NCBI GenBank assembly: GCA_028715785.1
Contig: JAQURC010000002.1
Coordinates: 76,322-140,321 of the forward strand
DNA from: Candidatus Omnitrophota bacterium
GTDB taxonomy: Bacteria > Omnitrophota > Gorgyraeia > Gygaellales > Profunditerraquicolaceae
Length of the DNA stretch: 64,000 bases
Direction of reading: 5' to 3'
Shown: in pieces, positions 28,113 to 40,646 of the stretch
Layout of the letters: each line of letters starts with the position of its first letter
Position numbering within the stretch: the stretch's first letter is position 1
Translations under genes and position numbers: made by a program
Notes under the pieces: generated by a model
The model's database searches: none
What the model saw: only the letters and a program-made list of their open reading frames with translations
What the model was told of the DNA's origin: nothing

Positions 28113-29042
28113 ATGGGCAGAATTTATGAAGATATCACCAAGACAATCGGCAATACCCCGCTTGTGCGCTTAAACAGAGTTGCCAAAGGAATTGGGGCAA
28201 CGGTGTTGGCAAAGTTAGAATTCTTTAATCCGCTTTCAAGCGTCAAAGATAGGATAGGTGTGTCAATGATTGAAACAGCTGAAAAAGACGGGCTGCTGAA
28301 GAAAGATACGATTATAGTCGAACCGACAAGCGGAAACACGGGAATCGCCTTGGCGTTTGTTGCTGCGGCAAAAGGGTATAAATTGATTCTGACTATGCCG
28401 GAGACTATGAGTATAGAAAGAAGGCAGTTACTTTCACTTTTCGGCGCGGAGCTTGTGCTTACTCCGGGAACAGAAGGCATGACCGGAGCAGTTAAAAAGG
28501 CGGAGGAGATTACGAAGAATACGCCGAATTCTTTTATGCCCCAGCAATTTAAGAATCCGGCAAATCCGGAAATCCATAGAAAGACTACCGCTGAAGAAAT
28601 TTGGAAAGACACGGATGGTAAGGTAGATATCTTGATTTCAGGTGTCGGCACAGGCGGGACCATTACCGGCGTAGCAGAGGTGATAAAAAAGCGAAAGCCG
28701 GAATTTAAGGCTATTGCCGTAGAGCCCGTTGATTCGCCTGTGCTTTCAGGAGGAATGGCTGGAGCACATAAGATTCAGGGGATAGGTGCGGGGTTTATAC
28801 CGGAAATTTTAAATACCGGGATAATCGATGAGATAGTAAAAGTAAGCAATGATGATGCGGGTGAATTTGCCCGACGGTTAGCTAAAGAAGAAGGGATATT
28901 AGCAGGGATATCAAGCGGCGCTGCTACCTGGGCAGCTTTGGAAATAGCAAAGAGGCCAGAGAATAAAGGTAAGCTTATTGTTGTTATCTTGCCCGATACA
29001 GGTGAGAGGTATTTGAGCACCTGGATTTTCCAGCAAACATAA
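28113..29042 (+). CDS. cysK: cysteine synthase (O-acetylserine sulfhydrylase) CysK
   Basis: PLP-Lys motif [24 protein letters not shown]. Confidence 0.85.
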   Translation: MGRIYEDITKTIGNTPLVRLNRVAKGIGATVLAKLEFFNPLSSVKDRIGVSMIETAEKDGLLKKDTIIVEPTSGNTGIALAFVAAAKGYKLILTMPETMSIERRQLLSLFGAELVLTPGTEGMTGAVKKAEEITKNTPNSFMPQQFKNPANPEIHRKTTAEEIWKDTDGKVDILISGVGTGGTITGVAEVIKKRKPEFKAIAVEPVDSPVLSGGMAGAHKIQGIGAGFIPEILNTGIIDEIVKVSNDDAGEFARRLAKEEGILAGISSGAATWAALEIAKRPENKGKLIVVILPDTGERYLSTWIFQQT

Positions 29043-29079
29043 AATTTTCTAATACACTTTTTAACAGAAAGGAGCTACA

Positions 29080-30237
29080 ATGCAGGGTAATTATTTAATC
29101 ACTTCTGAATCCGTTGGTAACGGCCATCCGGATAAGGTTTGCGATCAGATCTCAGATGCTGTTTTGGACGCTGTTTTAAAAGACGACCCTAAGGGCCGTG
29201 TGGCATGCGAAACTTTTATCAGCGCGGGTTTGGTGATTGTGGGCGGCGAAATCACGACCTCAGCTTTTATTGATGTTCACCGTCTTGTGCGCGGGGTTTT
29301 GAATGAAATCGGCTATACGAACCCTGTGTACGGATTTGATGCCCATACGGCCGCGATTTTGAATGCCATCAATCCTCAATCTCCGGATATCGCTCAGGGA
29401 GTGGATGTAGGCGGAGCGGGTGATCAGGGGATCATGTACGGTTATGCGACTGATGAAACTAAAGAACTTATGCCGCTGCCGATCACTCTTGCGCACAAGC
29501 TTGTGAAACGAATTGAGGAGGTTAGGACCAAGAAAATCCTTGATTATCTCGGCCCTGACTGTAAAAGCCAGGTAACTGTGGAATATGTTAAGGGGTGGCC
29601 GAAGCGTATTGATTCTGTTGTTATTGCCGCACAGCATACGGAGAAAATCTTGGATAAAACCGGCAAAAGGATTACGGATAAAGCACGTAAAGAGATTATT
29701 GGAGTTGTTGTGCGGCCTATTGTTGGAAAACTTGTCGATAAGAATACGAAATACTATATTAACCAGACTGGTAAATTTGTAGTCGGCGGACCCCAGTCTG
29801 ATACGGGGGTTACGGGCCGTAAGATTATCGTTGATACTTACGGCGGGATTGTCCCGCATGGCGGTGGGGCTTTTTCCGGAAAAGATCCGACCAAGGTGGA
29901 TCGTTCAGCAGCCTATGTGGCGCGTTATATTGCTAAAAATATTGTCGCGGCAGGAATTGCTAAGAAAGTGCTTATTCAGCTAAGTTATGTTATCGGTAAG
30001 GCTGAACCTTTGAGCATTTTTGTGGATACCTTCGGTACCGGAAAGATCTCGGAACAAAAGATCGTTGAACTTATTCGCAAGAATTTTGACTTGACGCCCC
30101 GGGGGATTATTGAAAGCTTGGATCTTCGTAAGCCGATCTTCCGCCGGACCGCGGTATACGGCCATTTTGGTAACTCGGAGTTTAGGTGGGAAAAGACGGA
30201 TAAGGCAGCGAAGCTTAAGAAAGATGCAGGGGTATAG
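29080..30237 (+). CDS. metK: S-adenosylmethionine synthetase
   Basis: [31 protein letters not shown]. Confidence 0.9.
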   Translation: MQGNYLITSESVGNGHPDKVCDQISDAVLDAVLKDDPKGRVACETFISAGLVIVGGEITTSAFIDVHRLVRGVLNEIGYTNPVYGFDAHTAAILNAINPQSPDIAQGVDVGGAGDQGIMYGYATDETKELMPLPITLAHKLVKRIEEVRTKKILDYLGPDCKSQVTVEYVKGWPKRIDSVVIAAQHTEKILDKTGKRITDKARKEIIGVVVRPIVGKLVDKNTKYYINQTGKFVVGGPQSDTGVTGRKIIVDTYGGIVPHGGGAFSGKDPTKVDRSAAYVARYIAKNIVAAGIAKKVLIQLSYVIGKAEPLSIFVDTFGTGKISEQKIVELIRKNFDLTPRGIIESLDLRKPIFRRTAVYGHFGNSEFRWEKTDKAAKLKKDAGV

Positions 30238-30253
30238 TGAGAAAATATAACTT

Positions 30254-30726
30254 ATGGAAAAAGATAAAAAAGTAGCTAATTCAGTGTTAGATTTAATTGG
30301 CTCTACGCCTATGGTAAAACTAAATAAAGTAGTAGATAAAAAAAGTGCAACCATCTATGCAAAATTAGAATCTTTTAATCCTGGTGGCAGCGTGAAAGAC
30401 AGGATTTGTCTGAGTATGATTGAAGATGCTGAGAAGAAGAGTATATTAAAACCCGGCTCAACTATTGTTGAATCCACAAGCGGCAACACTGGTATCGGTT
30501 TAGCCATCGTTTGCGCTGTGAAATTATTCAGGTTGATAATAATGATGCTCACGCTACTTCAAGGCGTTTAGCCAGGGAGGAGGGTTTATTTGTGGGTATA
30601 TCAGCAGGAGCGGCAACTTGGGCAGCTTTACAGGTAACTCGTCAATTAGGCCGAGGGAAATTAGTGGTTACAATTTTACCTGATACCGGAGAAAGGTATT
30701 TCAGTATGGAACAATATTTTACTTAA
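30254..30726 (+). pseudogene. cysK paralog with internal deletion/frameshift (N- and C-terminal fragments only)
   Basis: The 30254 ORF encodes the CysK N-terminal 90 aa ([13 protein letters not shown]...[12 protein letters not shown]). The 30511 ORF, in another frame, encodes the CysK C-terminal 65 aa ([12 protein letters not shown]...[11 protein letters not shown]). About 150 central residues are missing. Confidence 0.7.
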
Positions 30727-30769
30727 ATGTTTGTTAAGATATGAAGGAAAAGGTGGGCCGGATAATAAT

Positions 30770-31354
30770 ATGAAAGTAGCAGCGATTAACGGAAGCCCCA
30801 GGAAAGATGGGAATACATATATTCTTATAAACCGTGTTCTTGATGAGCTTAAAAAATCCGGGATAGACACAGAGATAATTCAGCTCGGCGGAGAGAAAAT
30901 TAGAGGATGCCTGGCTTGTAATATCTGTTGGAAGAATAAAAATAAACGATGCGCTATCGAAGACGATATTATAAACACCTGTATTGAAAAGATGTTAAAA
31001 GCGGATGGCATTATTATAGGTTCCCCAACTTATTTCTCAAATGTTACTACAGAAATAAAAGCATTGATAGACCGGGCGGGATCTGTTGGATGCGCCAACG
31101 GTAATATGTTTAAACGCAAGATTGGCGCGGCGGTAGTCGCGGTTAGAAGAGAAGGCGCGATTCACGTTTTTAATTCAATTAATCATTTTTTTTTGATAGA
31201 AGAAATGATTGTCCCTGGATCCTGTTATTGGAATATAGGTATTGGATTCGATAAGGGCGAAGTAAATAACGATACAGAAGGTTTGCAAACAATGAAAATT
31301 CTTGGCCAAAATATGGCATGGTTGTTAAAGAATATAAATAAACAGCGGGGATAA
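30770..31354 (+). CDS. NADPH-dependent FMN reductase / iron-sulfur flavoprotein (Isf-like), second copy
   Basis: [13 protein letters not shown] plus [15 protein letters not shown]. Confidence 0.65.
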   Translation: MKVAAINGSPRKDGNTYILINRVLDELKKSGIDTEIIQLGGEKIRGCLACNICWKNKNKRCAIEDDIINTCIEKMLKADGIIIGSPTYFSNVTTEIKALIDRAGSVGCANGNMFKRKIGAAVVAVRREGAIHVFNSINHFFLIEEMIVPGSCYWNIGIGFDKGEVNNDTEGLQTMKILGQNMAWLLKNINKQRG

Positions 31355-31560
31355 CCTATTAGAATATGTTTATGTGGTTTCTCTGGTAAACTGATATGGA
31401 AATCCATCAATTACCGCATTCGGGAACGGCAAAGCCGCTTTTGTTCCCACTGTGCCGGAAAGATGGAAAGAATTGACGGCACCTGGGCTAAGCGCTGCGT
31501 GGCGTGCCGTGTAGAACATTTTCCTCTGAATAAATCTGATTTACAATAAAGGGAATTAAT

Positions 31561-33405
31561 ATGTCAGGATGGCGTATAGTTTGGTCATATGTTTACAAGC
31601 ACCGCTTTGTCTATTTTTTCGGAGTAATGCTTGTTGCGGCATCAAGTTTATTAGCGGTATGGATCCCGCGGCTGCTTGGCAGTTTTACGGATAGTTTACA
31701 ACATGGCTCTTTGAGTTTTTCAGGAATAGCGAATTTCGCCTGGATGATAATTGTTATTGGTATCATCCGTGTGTTTGCGGGTTGGTCTGGCCGTATTCTT
31801 GTTCATCGTCATGGCCGTATTCTGACATATAAGTTGCGGCAGGAGTTGTTTTTAAAATGGGGGACTCTTTCACAGGCTTATTACCACCGGCAGAGCATCG
31901 GTAATTTATTGTCTCATGCTTTAAGCGACGTAGAAGTTGTGCGGGAATTGGTAACGATGGGTATAAATGTGTCAATCGGCGGCCTTTCTATGCTTGCAGC
32001 CGCGCTTTATATGATGGTGATATATATGGATTGGCGCCTGGCTCTGGCCGGTTTAGGGCCGTTGGTTGCCATCCCGGTTATTATCAGATATTTAGGCCCA
32101 AAAATCAGGAATCAGTTTCTGCGTTCCCAAGCGGCTCTTGGCAGTATGGCCCAGACGGTTGAAGAGTCCATTAGCGGTATCCGCGCTGTCAAAGCATTTG
32201 GCAATGAACGAGTGTCCATCAACCGGTTTGAACAAAAAATAGATACTATTGTTCAGGAAAAGATAAAATTTGTCCGTCTTTCTTCTCTTTTTGGTTCTCT
32301 TGTCCCTTTAATGGCTGCTTTAGGTTTCATTATTGTTATGGGCTACGGTGGTTTTCTGACGATCAAAAAAGTCATTAGCCTTGGTGATTTTATTGCATTC
32401 ACCCTGTATTTAGCGATGTTGCGTATGCCTTTGGAGCAGTTTGGCCGGGTGCTCAACATTATTCAAGGCGCGTCCGCATCGCTCAATAGGCTCTCTGAAC
32501 TGTTACAGGTTGTTCCGGCAGTCACCGACAGACAAGGGGCCTTACTTAACCGGAATGTCCGGGGAGAGGTAAAGATTGAAAAACTGACATTTCGTTATCC
32601 CGGAACAGAGAGGGATGTGCTGACAGATATTTCTTTTACCGTTAAGCCGGGTCAAACGTTGGGCATTGTTGGTTCTATAGGCAGCGGCAAGACCACATTG
32701 GTAGATTTGTTATTGCGTTTATACGACCCGCCGGAAGGAACGGTTTTTATTGACGGCGAGGATATACTCAGTTATCCTTTAGCCCGGCTAAGGCAGGGTA
32801 TTGCTTACGTACCGCAGGACGGTTTCCTATTTTCTACTACTGTCCTTGAGAATATCGGATTTTCAGATGAGGAGCCCGATAGGGAACGGGCAGAACATTC
32901 TGCCAGAATTACCATGGTTTATGACGACATAAAGCGGTTTCCTGAAGATTTTGAAACAGAGATTGGAGAACGGGGGGTGCGGTTGTCCGGCGGGCAAAAG
33001 CAGCGTGTCGCCATAGCAAGAATGATTTATAAAGATGCGCCTATTCATATTCTGGATGACAGTTTGAGCGCGGTAGACACAAAAACAGAACGGATAATCC
33101 TGAAAAATTTACGGGGAATCAAGAACAAGACGACTATTGTTATCTCGCACCGGCTAAGCGCTATTCGGCATGCGGATAAAATTCTTGTTCTTGAGGAAGG
33201 CCGCATTGTAGGGCGGGGGAACCATGCTGAGTTGATTAAGTCTAGCGGTTTATACTCCAGGCTCTGGTATATGCAGTCTGGTTTGACAGAAGGAGCGGAA
33301 TCCATAAAGCCCGTCGTGACAGAAGAAGTAGGATCCCTGCAGTCCGGTTTAACAGAAGGCATAGGATTCATACAGCCCGATGTGACGGAAGAAGGTGACG
33401 CATGA
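31561..33405 (+). CDS. ABC exporter, fused permease-ATPase subunit (MdlA/CydD-like)
   Basis: Six TM helices plus a nucleotide-binding domain (GSIGSGKTT, LSGGQKQR, ILDDSLSAVD). C-terminal 2 x 22-aa tandem repeat. Confidence 0.75.
   Translation: MSGWRIVWSYVYKHRFVYFFGVMLVAASSLLAVWIPRLLGSFTDSLQHGSLSFSGIANFAWMIIVIGIIRVFAGWSGRILVHRHGRILTYKLRQELFLKWGTLSQAYYHRQSIGNLLSHALSDVEVVRELVTMGINVSIGGLSMLAAALYMMVIYMDWRLALAGLGPLVAIPVIIRYLGPKIRNQFLRSQAALGSMAQTVEESISGIRAVKAFGNERVSINRFEQKIDTIVQEKIKFVRLSSLFGSLVPLMAALGFIIVMGYGGFLTIKKVISLGDFIAFTLYLAMLRMPLEQFGRVLNIIQGASASLNRLSELLQVVPAVTDRQGALLNRNVRGEVKIEKLTFRYPGTERDVLTDISFTVKPGQTLGIVGSIGSGKTTLVDLLLRLYDPPEGTVFIDGEDILSYPLARLRQGIAYVPQDGFLFSTTVLENIGFSDEEPDRERAEHSARITMVYDDIKRFPEDFETEIGERGVRLSGGQKQRVAIARMIYKDAPIHILDDSLSAVDTKTERIILKNLRGIKNKTTIVISHRLSAIRHADKILVLEEGRIVGRGNHAELIKSSGLYSRLWYMQSGLTEGAESIKPVVTEEVGSLQSGLTEGIGFIQPDVTEEGDA
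33274..33402 (+). repeat. 66-nt tandem duplication at the 3' end of the exporter gene
   Basis: QSGLTEGAESIKPVVTEEVGSL / QSGLTEGIGFIQPDVTEEGDA. Confidence 0.55.
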
Positions 33406-35162
33406 ACACTCAACGCCTGCCACCGGGAACTTGGGGATTTTTTTCTCCTTACATCCAAAGATACCGTTTGCGGATTATCTTTCTGCTTGGACTGATAATC
33501 ACCGTGGTCACCATTGATTTGGCTCAGCCTTATCTGGTTAAAGAGGCTATTGATCGTTATATTGCTGTTGCCAATCCCAATGCCGCGGCTATCCTGCGGA
33601 TGGCCGCGATTTACCTCGGGTTGGTCTTATTTTCCTTCGGATTAACATATTACCAGGATATTCTCCTGCAGTATACCGGCCAGTCTATTGTCCGGGCAAT
33701 CCGTGTTGACTTGTTTAAACACATTCAAAGCTTATCCTTAAGATTTTTCGATCAAACCGCTTCAGGCCGTATTATTACCAATGTTGTCAATGACACAGAA
33801 GCACTCAATAACTTTTTTACCCAGTTTTTAACGAATACTCTTCGCGGCGTCCTTTCGCTGTTCCTGATTATGTTTTTTATGCTGCGGTTGAATGTGACTA
33901 TTGCATTATACTGTTTTATCTTAGTTCTGGCAATTGTAACAATTTCTTTTTTCTTTCAGAGGATTTTACGTAAGATTAACGGGCAGATACGCAGTCGTTT
34001 GGCTACGGCAATTGCCTTTTTAGCTGAGAACCTCAATGGTATGGCTATTGTCCAGATTTTTCATCAGGAGGCAAAACAGCAAAAAGAATTTGATAACCGA
34101 AACCAGGCTTTGCTTAAGGCGACAATCAAGGAGAATAGGATAATGCTTCTTTTTTTTAATTTCACAGAGTTATTTGGCGACCTGGGAGTAGCCGCCCTGA
34201 TCTGGTTTGGCGGCCAGGCGGTCATCCGGGAAGCAATCTCCTTTGGCGTGCTTTATGCTTTTGTCGGGTATATCCGGCGTTTTTTTCAGCCGGTCGTCAT
34301 GATTACTCAGCAGCTTAACACATTACAATCTACGATTGTCGCTACAGAGCGTATTGCCCGGACTCTACAGGAACAACCGGATATTAAGGAGTTTTCGGGA
34401 GCATCGGCTCCGGTGGTGCGGGGACAGATAACCTTTGAACATGCCTATCTTGCTTATCGGCCGGGACAGACTATTCTTAATGATATCTGTCTGGCAATTA
34501 AACCCGGGGAAAGGGTCGGTTTTGTGGGAGCTTCGGGCGCCGGTAAAACATCGTTGATGAATTTGCTGGCCAGGTTTTATGATACGACAAAAGGGTCTGT
34601 GATTATTGACGGTAAGGATATTAGGCAATGGCCATTGGTAGACCTGAAGCGGACAGTGGGTATAGTCCAGCAGGATGCGACTCTTTTTTCCGGGACAATT
34701 CTTGATAACCTACGTTTTTTTCGGGAGGAAATTCCGGAAGACCGGGTGCTGGCGGCTAGCCGGTTAGTTGGAGCGGAACCATTTATCTTGAAGTTACCGC
34801 AAGGATATAATACCGTATTGTCTGAGCGCGCAAGTACGTTGTCGGCTGGTGAAAGGCAGCTGCTGTCATTTGCCAGGGCGATGGTGTTTGACCCTAAGAT
34901 ATTAATTTTAGATGAAGCGACAGCTAGTCTTGATTCCGAAAGCGAAGCAGTATTACAGGAGGCAATTCACAAGGTGTCGGCTGGGCGTACCTTATTGGTC
35001 ATTGCCCACCGGCTATCCACAGTGCAACAAATGGATTATATCGTCGTTCTCGATCATGGCAAGATTGTTGAAAGCGGAACTCATAGCGAGTTATTAGGGC
35101 GCCAGGGCTATTATCAGCGGCTGTATCAATCAGGAATACTGCTGGAGGAAGCTGTATTTTAA
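33402..35162 (+). CDS. ABC exporter, fused permease-ATPase subunit (MdlB/CydC-like partner)
   Basis: TMD plus NBD (GASGAGKTS, LSAGERQL, ILDEATASLD). The 4-nt overlap with the preceding gene suggests a heterodimer. Confidence 0.75.
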   Translation: MNTQRLPPGTWGFFSPYIQRYRLRIIFLLGLIITVVTIDLAQPYLVKEAIDRYIAVANPNAAAILRMAAIYLGLVLFSFGLTYYQDILLQYTGQSIVRAIRVDLFKHIQSLSLRFFDQTASGRIITNVVNDTEALNNFFTQFLTNTLRGVLSLFLIMFFMLRLNVTIALYCFILVLAIVTISFFFQRILRKINGQIRSRLATAIAFLAENLNGMAIVQIFHQEAKQQKEFDNRNQALLKATIKENRIMLLFFNFTELFGDLGVAALIWFGGQAVIREAISFGVLYAFVGYIRRFFQPVVMITQQLNTLQSTIVATERIARTLQEQPDIKEFSGASAPVVRGQITFEHAYLAYRPGQTILNDICLAIKPGERVGFVGASGAGKTSLMNLLARFYDTTKGSVIIDGKDIRQWPLVDLKRTVGIVQQDATLFSGTILDNLRFFREEIPEDRVLAASRLVGAEPFILKLPQGYNTVLSERASTLSAGERQLLSFARAMVFDPKILILDEATASLDSESEAVLQEAIHKVSAGRTLLVIAHRLSTVQQMDYIVVLDHGKIVESGTHSELLGRQGYYQRLYQSGILLEEAVF

Positions 35163-35197
35163 CAAAATACTTTTAAACAAACATAATCGTAGTATAA

Positions 35198-36529
<1,332 letters not shown>

Positions 36530-36544
36530 GATTATTTAAAATCA

Positions 36545-36601
36545 AGGGGACGGTTCTATTTTTCCGTCGTCCGGATGAGCTAAAAAATAGAACCGTCCCC
36601 C
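36545..36601 (+). terminator. 19-bp perfect-stem hairpin after metY (terminator/attenuator)
   Basis: AGGGGACGGTTCTATTTTT ... AAAAATAGAACCGTCCCCT, followed by TATTT; directly precedes the cysK RBS. Confidence 0.5.
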
Positions 36602-36619
36602 TTATTTCAGGAGGAAGTC

Positions 36620-37555
36620 ATGGGAAAAATATTTTCTGATATTACTAAAACAGTTGGGAATACCCCGTTAGTCAAGCTTAACCGTATCGGAGAAGGTTTG
36701 GGGGTAACCTTGCTGGTTAAATTAGAATCTTTTAATCCGCTCTCCAGCGTAAAAGACAGGATCGGAGTGGCGATGATCGAAGACGCGGAGAAAAGAGGGG
36801 TGCTTAAAAAAAATACCACGATCATTGAGCCGACCAGCGGCAATACGGGGATTGCTTTGGCGTTTGTCGCCGCGGCCAAAGGTTACAAGTTAATTCTGAC
36901 TATGCCCGATACAATGAGCATAGAGAGAAGGCAGCTTTTGGCGATTTTTGGCGCGCAGTTAGTTTTGACTCCGGGGGTAGAAGGGATGAAGGGGGCGGTA
37001 AAAAAAGCCGAGGAATTAGCTAAAGAGACTCCTGATGCGATTATTTTGCAACAGTTTAATAATCCGGCTAATCCGCAGATCCATCGTAAAACTACCGCCG
37101 AAGAGATTTGGGATGATACTGATGGTAAAGTGGATATCCTTGTGTCCGGAGTCGGCACAGGCGGGACAATTACCGGCGTTGCTGAAGTGATCAAAAAAAG
37201 AAAACCAAGCTTTAAGGCGATCGCGGTTGAACCCGATGCTTCGCCGGTTTTATCCGGAGGCACTGCCGGGCCGCATAAGATCCAGGGGATTGGCGCCGGA
37301 TTTATTCCTCAGGTTTTAAACCGCCAGGTTATTGATGAGGTTATCCGGGTGACTAATGAGGATTCCGGAGAAACCGCCCGGCGCCTGGCCAGGCTTGAGG
37401 GAATATTGGCCGGTATTTCCAGCGGAGCGGCATTGTGGGCGGCATTAGAGGTGGCTAAGCGCAAGGAAAATAAAGGGAAAGTCATTGTGGTTGTTCTTCC
37501 CGATACCGGCGAGCGGTATCTAAGCACCTGGCTTTTCCAAGAGGTTAAAGTATGA
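36620..37555 (+). CDS. cysK: cysteine synthase CysK (second copy, about 80% identical to the 28113 gene)
   Basis: Same motifs as the first copy. Confidence 0.85.
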   Translation: MGKIFSDITKTVGNTPLVKLNRIGEGLGVTLLVKLESFNPLSSVKDRIGVAMIEDAEKRGVLKKNTTIIEPTSGNTGIALAFVAAAKGYKLILTMPDTMSIERRQLLAIFGAQLVLTPGVEGMKGAVKKAEELAKETPDAIILQQFNNPANPQIHRKTTAEEIWDDTDGKVDILVSGVGTGGTITGVAEVIKKRKPSFKAIAVEPDASPVLSGGTAGPHKIQGIGAGFIPQVLNRQVIDEVIRVTNEDSGETARRLARLEGILAGISSGAALWAALEVAKRKENKGKVIVVVLPDTGERYLSTWLFQEVKV

Positions 37556-38709
37556 TCAAAGAAAAAATAAACCCGGCCAATAGCGTAGGGGTGGTTAAAA
37601 CTCAAAGTTTTACTTTTGAGTCTTTAAAACTTGAGAGCGGGGAGAAGTTTGGCCCGGTTACTTTGGCTTATGAGACATACGGCGTTTTAAATAAAGAAAA
37701 ATCCAATGCTGTTCTTATTGTGCATGCCCTTTCAGGCGATGCCCATGCCGCCGGTGTGCATGAAGGGAGCAATGATTTAGGCTGGTGGGATTCTTTTATC
37801 GGCCCGGGTAAAGCTTTCGATACGGAAAAATACTTTGTGATCTGTTCAAATATACTCGGCGGCTGTAAGGGGTCAACCGGGCCCTCAAGCATAAACCCTA
37901 AAACCAATAAGCCGTATGCTTTGGATTTTCCGTTAATCAGCATTAATGACATAGTCAATGCCCAGAGGCATTTGATTACTCATTTAGGTATCGAAAAATT
38001 GCTTTCTGTGGTCGGCGGCTCGATGGGCGGCCAGCAGGTTTTATCGTGGCTGGCTAACCACGCGGACATAATTCATAGCGCCATTCCGATTGCCACCACG
38101 ATTAAACATTCGCCGCAGCAGATAGCATTTAATGAGGTCGGCCGCCAGGCGATTATGGCCGATGCCCATTGGAAATCCGGCAATTATTATGACGGCCCGT
38201 TTCCTTTAAAAGGATTAGCCGTAGCCAGGATGATCGGCCATATTACATATATGAGCGACAGCTCGATGGCTGAGAAATTCGGCCGCCAGAAAAAAGGCGG
38301 CGCCGAACCGTTTAAATTTACGGCTGATTTTGAAGTCGAGGGATATTTGCGTTATCGCGGCGATAATTTTGTCAAGCGCTTTGACGCAAATTCCTATCTT
38401 TATATAACCAAGGCAATGGATAATTTTGACGCTTCAGGCGGCAGGCCATTTTCCGAAGTCCTGCGCGGTATCAAGGCCAAGGTTATGGTCATATCTTTTA
38501 AATCCGATTGGCTGTATCCGGCTTATCAGTCAAAAGAGATCGTTAAGGCCTGCAAGCTTGCCGGCATTGCGACAACCTATTGCGAGATCGATTCGAATTA
38601 CGGACATGACGCTTTCCTTTTGGAAGTTGAAGAGGAGACGCATTTGATCAAACATTTCCTTAAAAAAATATTTTATGCTTATGAGGTGACCGGTGCCTAC
38701 GGAGAGTAA
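37552..38709 (+). CDS. metX: homoserine O-acetyltransferase MetX
   Basis: alpha/beta-hydrolase fold with GGSMGG nucleophile elbow. Confidence 0.85.
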   Translation: MIKEKINPANSVGVVKTQSFTFESLKLESGEKFGPVTLAYETYGVLNKEKSNAVLIVHALSGDAHAAGVHEGSNDLGWWDSFIGPGKAFDTEKYFVICSNILGGCKGSTGPSSINPKTNKPYALDFPLISINDIVNAQRHLITHLGIEKLLSVVGGSMGGQQVLSWLANHADIIHSAIPIATTIKHSPQQIAFNEVGRQAIMADAHWKSGNYYDGPFPLKGLAVARMIGHITYMSDSSMAEKFGRQKKGGAEPFKFTADFEVEGYLRYRGDNFVKRFDANSYLYITKAMDNFDASGGRPFSEVLRGIKAKVMVISFKSDWLYPAYQSKEIVKACKLAGIATTYCEIDSNYGHDAFLLEVEEETHLIKHFLKKIFYAYEVTGAYGE

Positions 38710-39292
38710 AGGGATTCAGTTGGACCATCAAGTCATACTGGATTTAGTTGACCAGCAATCCAGCGTTTTAGATTTAGGCTGCGGCACAGGGGATCTTTTG
38801 TATCTTTTGATTAAAGAAAAAAAAGTGAGTGGCCAGGGCATTGAGATTGACGACCAGGCAATCTATAAATGCGTGGCCAAGGGCTTAAATGTTTTCCACG
38901 GAGATATCGACAGCGGCCTTGCCGAATTCAGCGATAAATCTTTTGACTACGTGGTGCTTAATCAAAGCATGCAGCAGATTTTGCATGTCGATAAGGTGCT
39001 TACCGACGCCTTGCGGGTGGGTAAAAAGGTGATCGTGGGATTTCCCAATTTTGCCTATTATAAGTCCAGGCTGCAGATGTTTTTTCAGGGCAGGTCCCCG
39101 GTAACCGCAAGCCTCCCTTATCAATGGTATGAAACCCCGAACCTGCATTTTTTAAGCATAAGCGACTTTAAGGATTATTGCCGCGTGAAGAAAATTAATA
39201 TCGAACGCAGCGTTTGTATCGGGGAAAGAAGGAAAATTCCGTTCTTACCTAATTTATTCGGACAGACCGGGATATTTTTGATTTCAAAATAG
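38693..39292 (+). CDS. metW: methionine biosynthesis protein MetW
   Basis: [12 protein letters not shown] methyltransferase-like motif; 17-nt overlap with metX (the metXW pair). Confidence 0.8.
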   Translation: MPTESKGIQLDHQVILDLVDQQSSVLDLGCGTGDLLYLLIKEKKVSGQGIEIDDQAIYKCVAKGLNVFHGDIDSGLAEFSDKSFDYVVLNQSMQQILHVDKVLTDALRVGKKVIVGFPNFAYYKSRLQMFFQGRSPVTASLPYQWYETPNLHFLSISDFKDYCRVKKINIERSVCIGERRKIPFLPNLFGQTGIFLISK

Positions 39293-39311
39293 GAGAAAGG
39301 GGAAGGGTTAA

Positions 39312-39491
39312 ATGCCTTATATAAATTTAAAGCTAGTCGGTAAACTCACCAAGGAGCAAAAAGAAAAGATCGCCAAAGAATTTTCTGATACCCTTTTAAA
39401 AGTAGCCGGAAAACCCAAAGAGAGCCTTTATTTGGTTATCGATGAGGTTAGCGGCGAAAACTGGGCAAAAGGCGATAAGTTTTTTGGCTAA
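39312..39491 (+). CDS. 4-oxalocrotonate-tautomerase-family protein (not in supplied ORF track; 59 aa)
   Basis: MPYINLKLVGKLTKEQKEKIAKEFSDTLLKVAGKPKESLYLVIDEVSGENWAKGD: Pro1 and overall 4-OT pattern. Confidence 0.6.
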   Translation: MPYINLKLVGKLTKEQKEKIAKEFSDTLLKVAGKPKESLYLVIDEVSGENWAKGDKFFG

Positions 39492-39514
39492 TGCCAGCGC
39501 AGGAAGAATATAGG

Positions 39515-39546
39515 CCCTTATGCTTTGGCATAAGGGTTTTGTTTTT
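39515..39546 (+). terminator. intrinsic terminator (9-bp stem + T-tract) just upstream of thiS
   Basis: CCCTTATGC-tttg-GCATAAGGG followed by TTTTGTTTTT. Confidence 0.65.
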
Positions 39547-39558
39547 AAGGGAGATAAA

Positions 39559-39813
39559 ATGCTAATCAACATTAACGGTAAACCTGAAGAAGTCAAAATG
39601 AAAGCCAATCTCGCTGAACTTATTTTATCCAAAGGTTTGTGCGCGGAGAAAGTAGTTATTGAGCATAATCTCCGGATTGTCCCCAGGCAAGAGTGGAATA
39701 AAGTATTTTTGGGTGAAAATGATAATATCGAAATAGTAAGTTTTGTCGGGGGCGGTACTGAGCCTCCGATAAATAATGGAGACTCAGTAATATGGAAGAT
39801 TTTTTGGAGATAG
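39559..39813 (+). CDS. thiS: ThiS sulfur-carrier protein with 18-aa extension after Gly-Gly
   Basis: [12 protein letters not shown]...[10 protein letters not shown], then [18 protein letters not shown]. Overlaps the thiG start. Confidence 0.7.
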   Translation: MLININGKPEEVKMKANLAELILSKGLCAEKVVIEHNLRIVPRQEWNKVFLGENDNIEIVSFVGGGTEPPINNGDSVIWKIFWR

Positions 39814-40562
39814 CCGGAGAAAAATTAAATAACCGGCTTTTTATCGGAACGGGAAAGTTTTCCAGCTACCCGATAATGAAGCAGGCTTTGGAAGAGGCAG
39901 GCACCCAGGTTGCTACAGTGGCTTTAAGAAGGGTGGATGAGGGCTCTAAAACAGAGAATATTATGGCTTATATTCCACGGGGCTGTAAAGTTATGATCAA
40001 TACTTCCGGAGCCAGGGACGCGCAGGAAGCCCTGCGTATTGCCCATCTGGCAAAAGCAGCCGGAGCCGGAAACTGGATAAAAATAGAGGTTATCCGTGAT
40101 AATAAATATTTGCTTCCCGACAGCCTTGAGACTTTAAAGGCGGTTGAAGTTTTGGCCAAAGAAGGTTTTATTGTGTTTCCGTATATGAGCCCGGATTTAT
40201 CGATTGCCAGGAGAATGGTTGATGCCGGAGCCAGCGCGATTATGCCTCTAGGCTCTCCGATAGGCAGCAATCGCGGGGTAAAAACCCGCGAGCTGATCGA
40301 AATAATGGTTAATGAAATTAAACTGCCGGTTATCGTTGATGCCGGCCTTGGAAGGCCTTCGCAAGCTTGTGAATGTATGGAACTGGGGGCTGCGGCAGTG
40401 TTGGTTAATACCGCAATTGCCGTTTCAGAGGATCCGGTAAAGATGGCTAAGGCCTTTGCTCAAGCAGTTTATGCGGGCAGGCTTGCCTATTTATCGGGAA
40501 TCCCGTCAGCAGTAAAAACAGCCCGCGCTTCCAGCCCCCTGACCGGATTTTTAAGGCAGTGA
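39792..40562 (+). CDS. thiG: thiazole synthase ThiG
   Basis: 256 aa; LFIGTGKF and VMINTSGA blocks. Confidence 0.85.
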   Translation: MEDFLEIAGEKLNNRLFIGTGKFSSYPIMKQALEEAGTQVATVALRRVDEGSKTENIMAYIPRGCKVMINTSGARDAQEALRIAHLAKAAGAGNWIKIEVIRDNKYLLPDSLETLKAVEVLAKEGFIVFPYMSPDLSIARRMVDAGASAIMPLGSPIGSNRGVKTRELIEIMVNEIKLPVIVDAGLGRPSQACECMELGAAAVLVNTAIAVSEDPVKMAKAFAQAVYAGRLAYLSGIPSAVKTARASSPLTGFLRQ

Positions 40563-40572
40563 TTTTTTCTAG

Positions 40573-40605
40573 ACCGTAGCGGAGGTTTAAACCTCCGCTA
40601 CGGTC
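40573..40605 (+). repeat. 33-bp perfect palindrome between thiG and thiH (hairpin or operator)
   Basis: GACCGTAGCGGAGGTTT|AAACCTCCGCTACGGTC. Confidence 0.5.
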
Positions 40606-40646
40606 CTGATGGAGATCTATTTTTTGACAATCTAACTGAAACTATA

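Noticed and set aside
28124-28663. 179-aa minus-strand ORF
   Set aside because: Antisense to cysK.
29260-29859. 199-aa minus-strand ORF
   Set aside because: Antisense to metK.
39293-39558. Possible TPP riboswitch upstream of thiS
   Set aside because: There is no CTGAGA / ACCTGATC-type THI-box core. The space is occupied by a convincing tautomerase ORF plus an intrinsic terminator.
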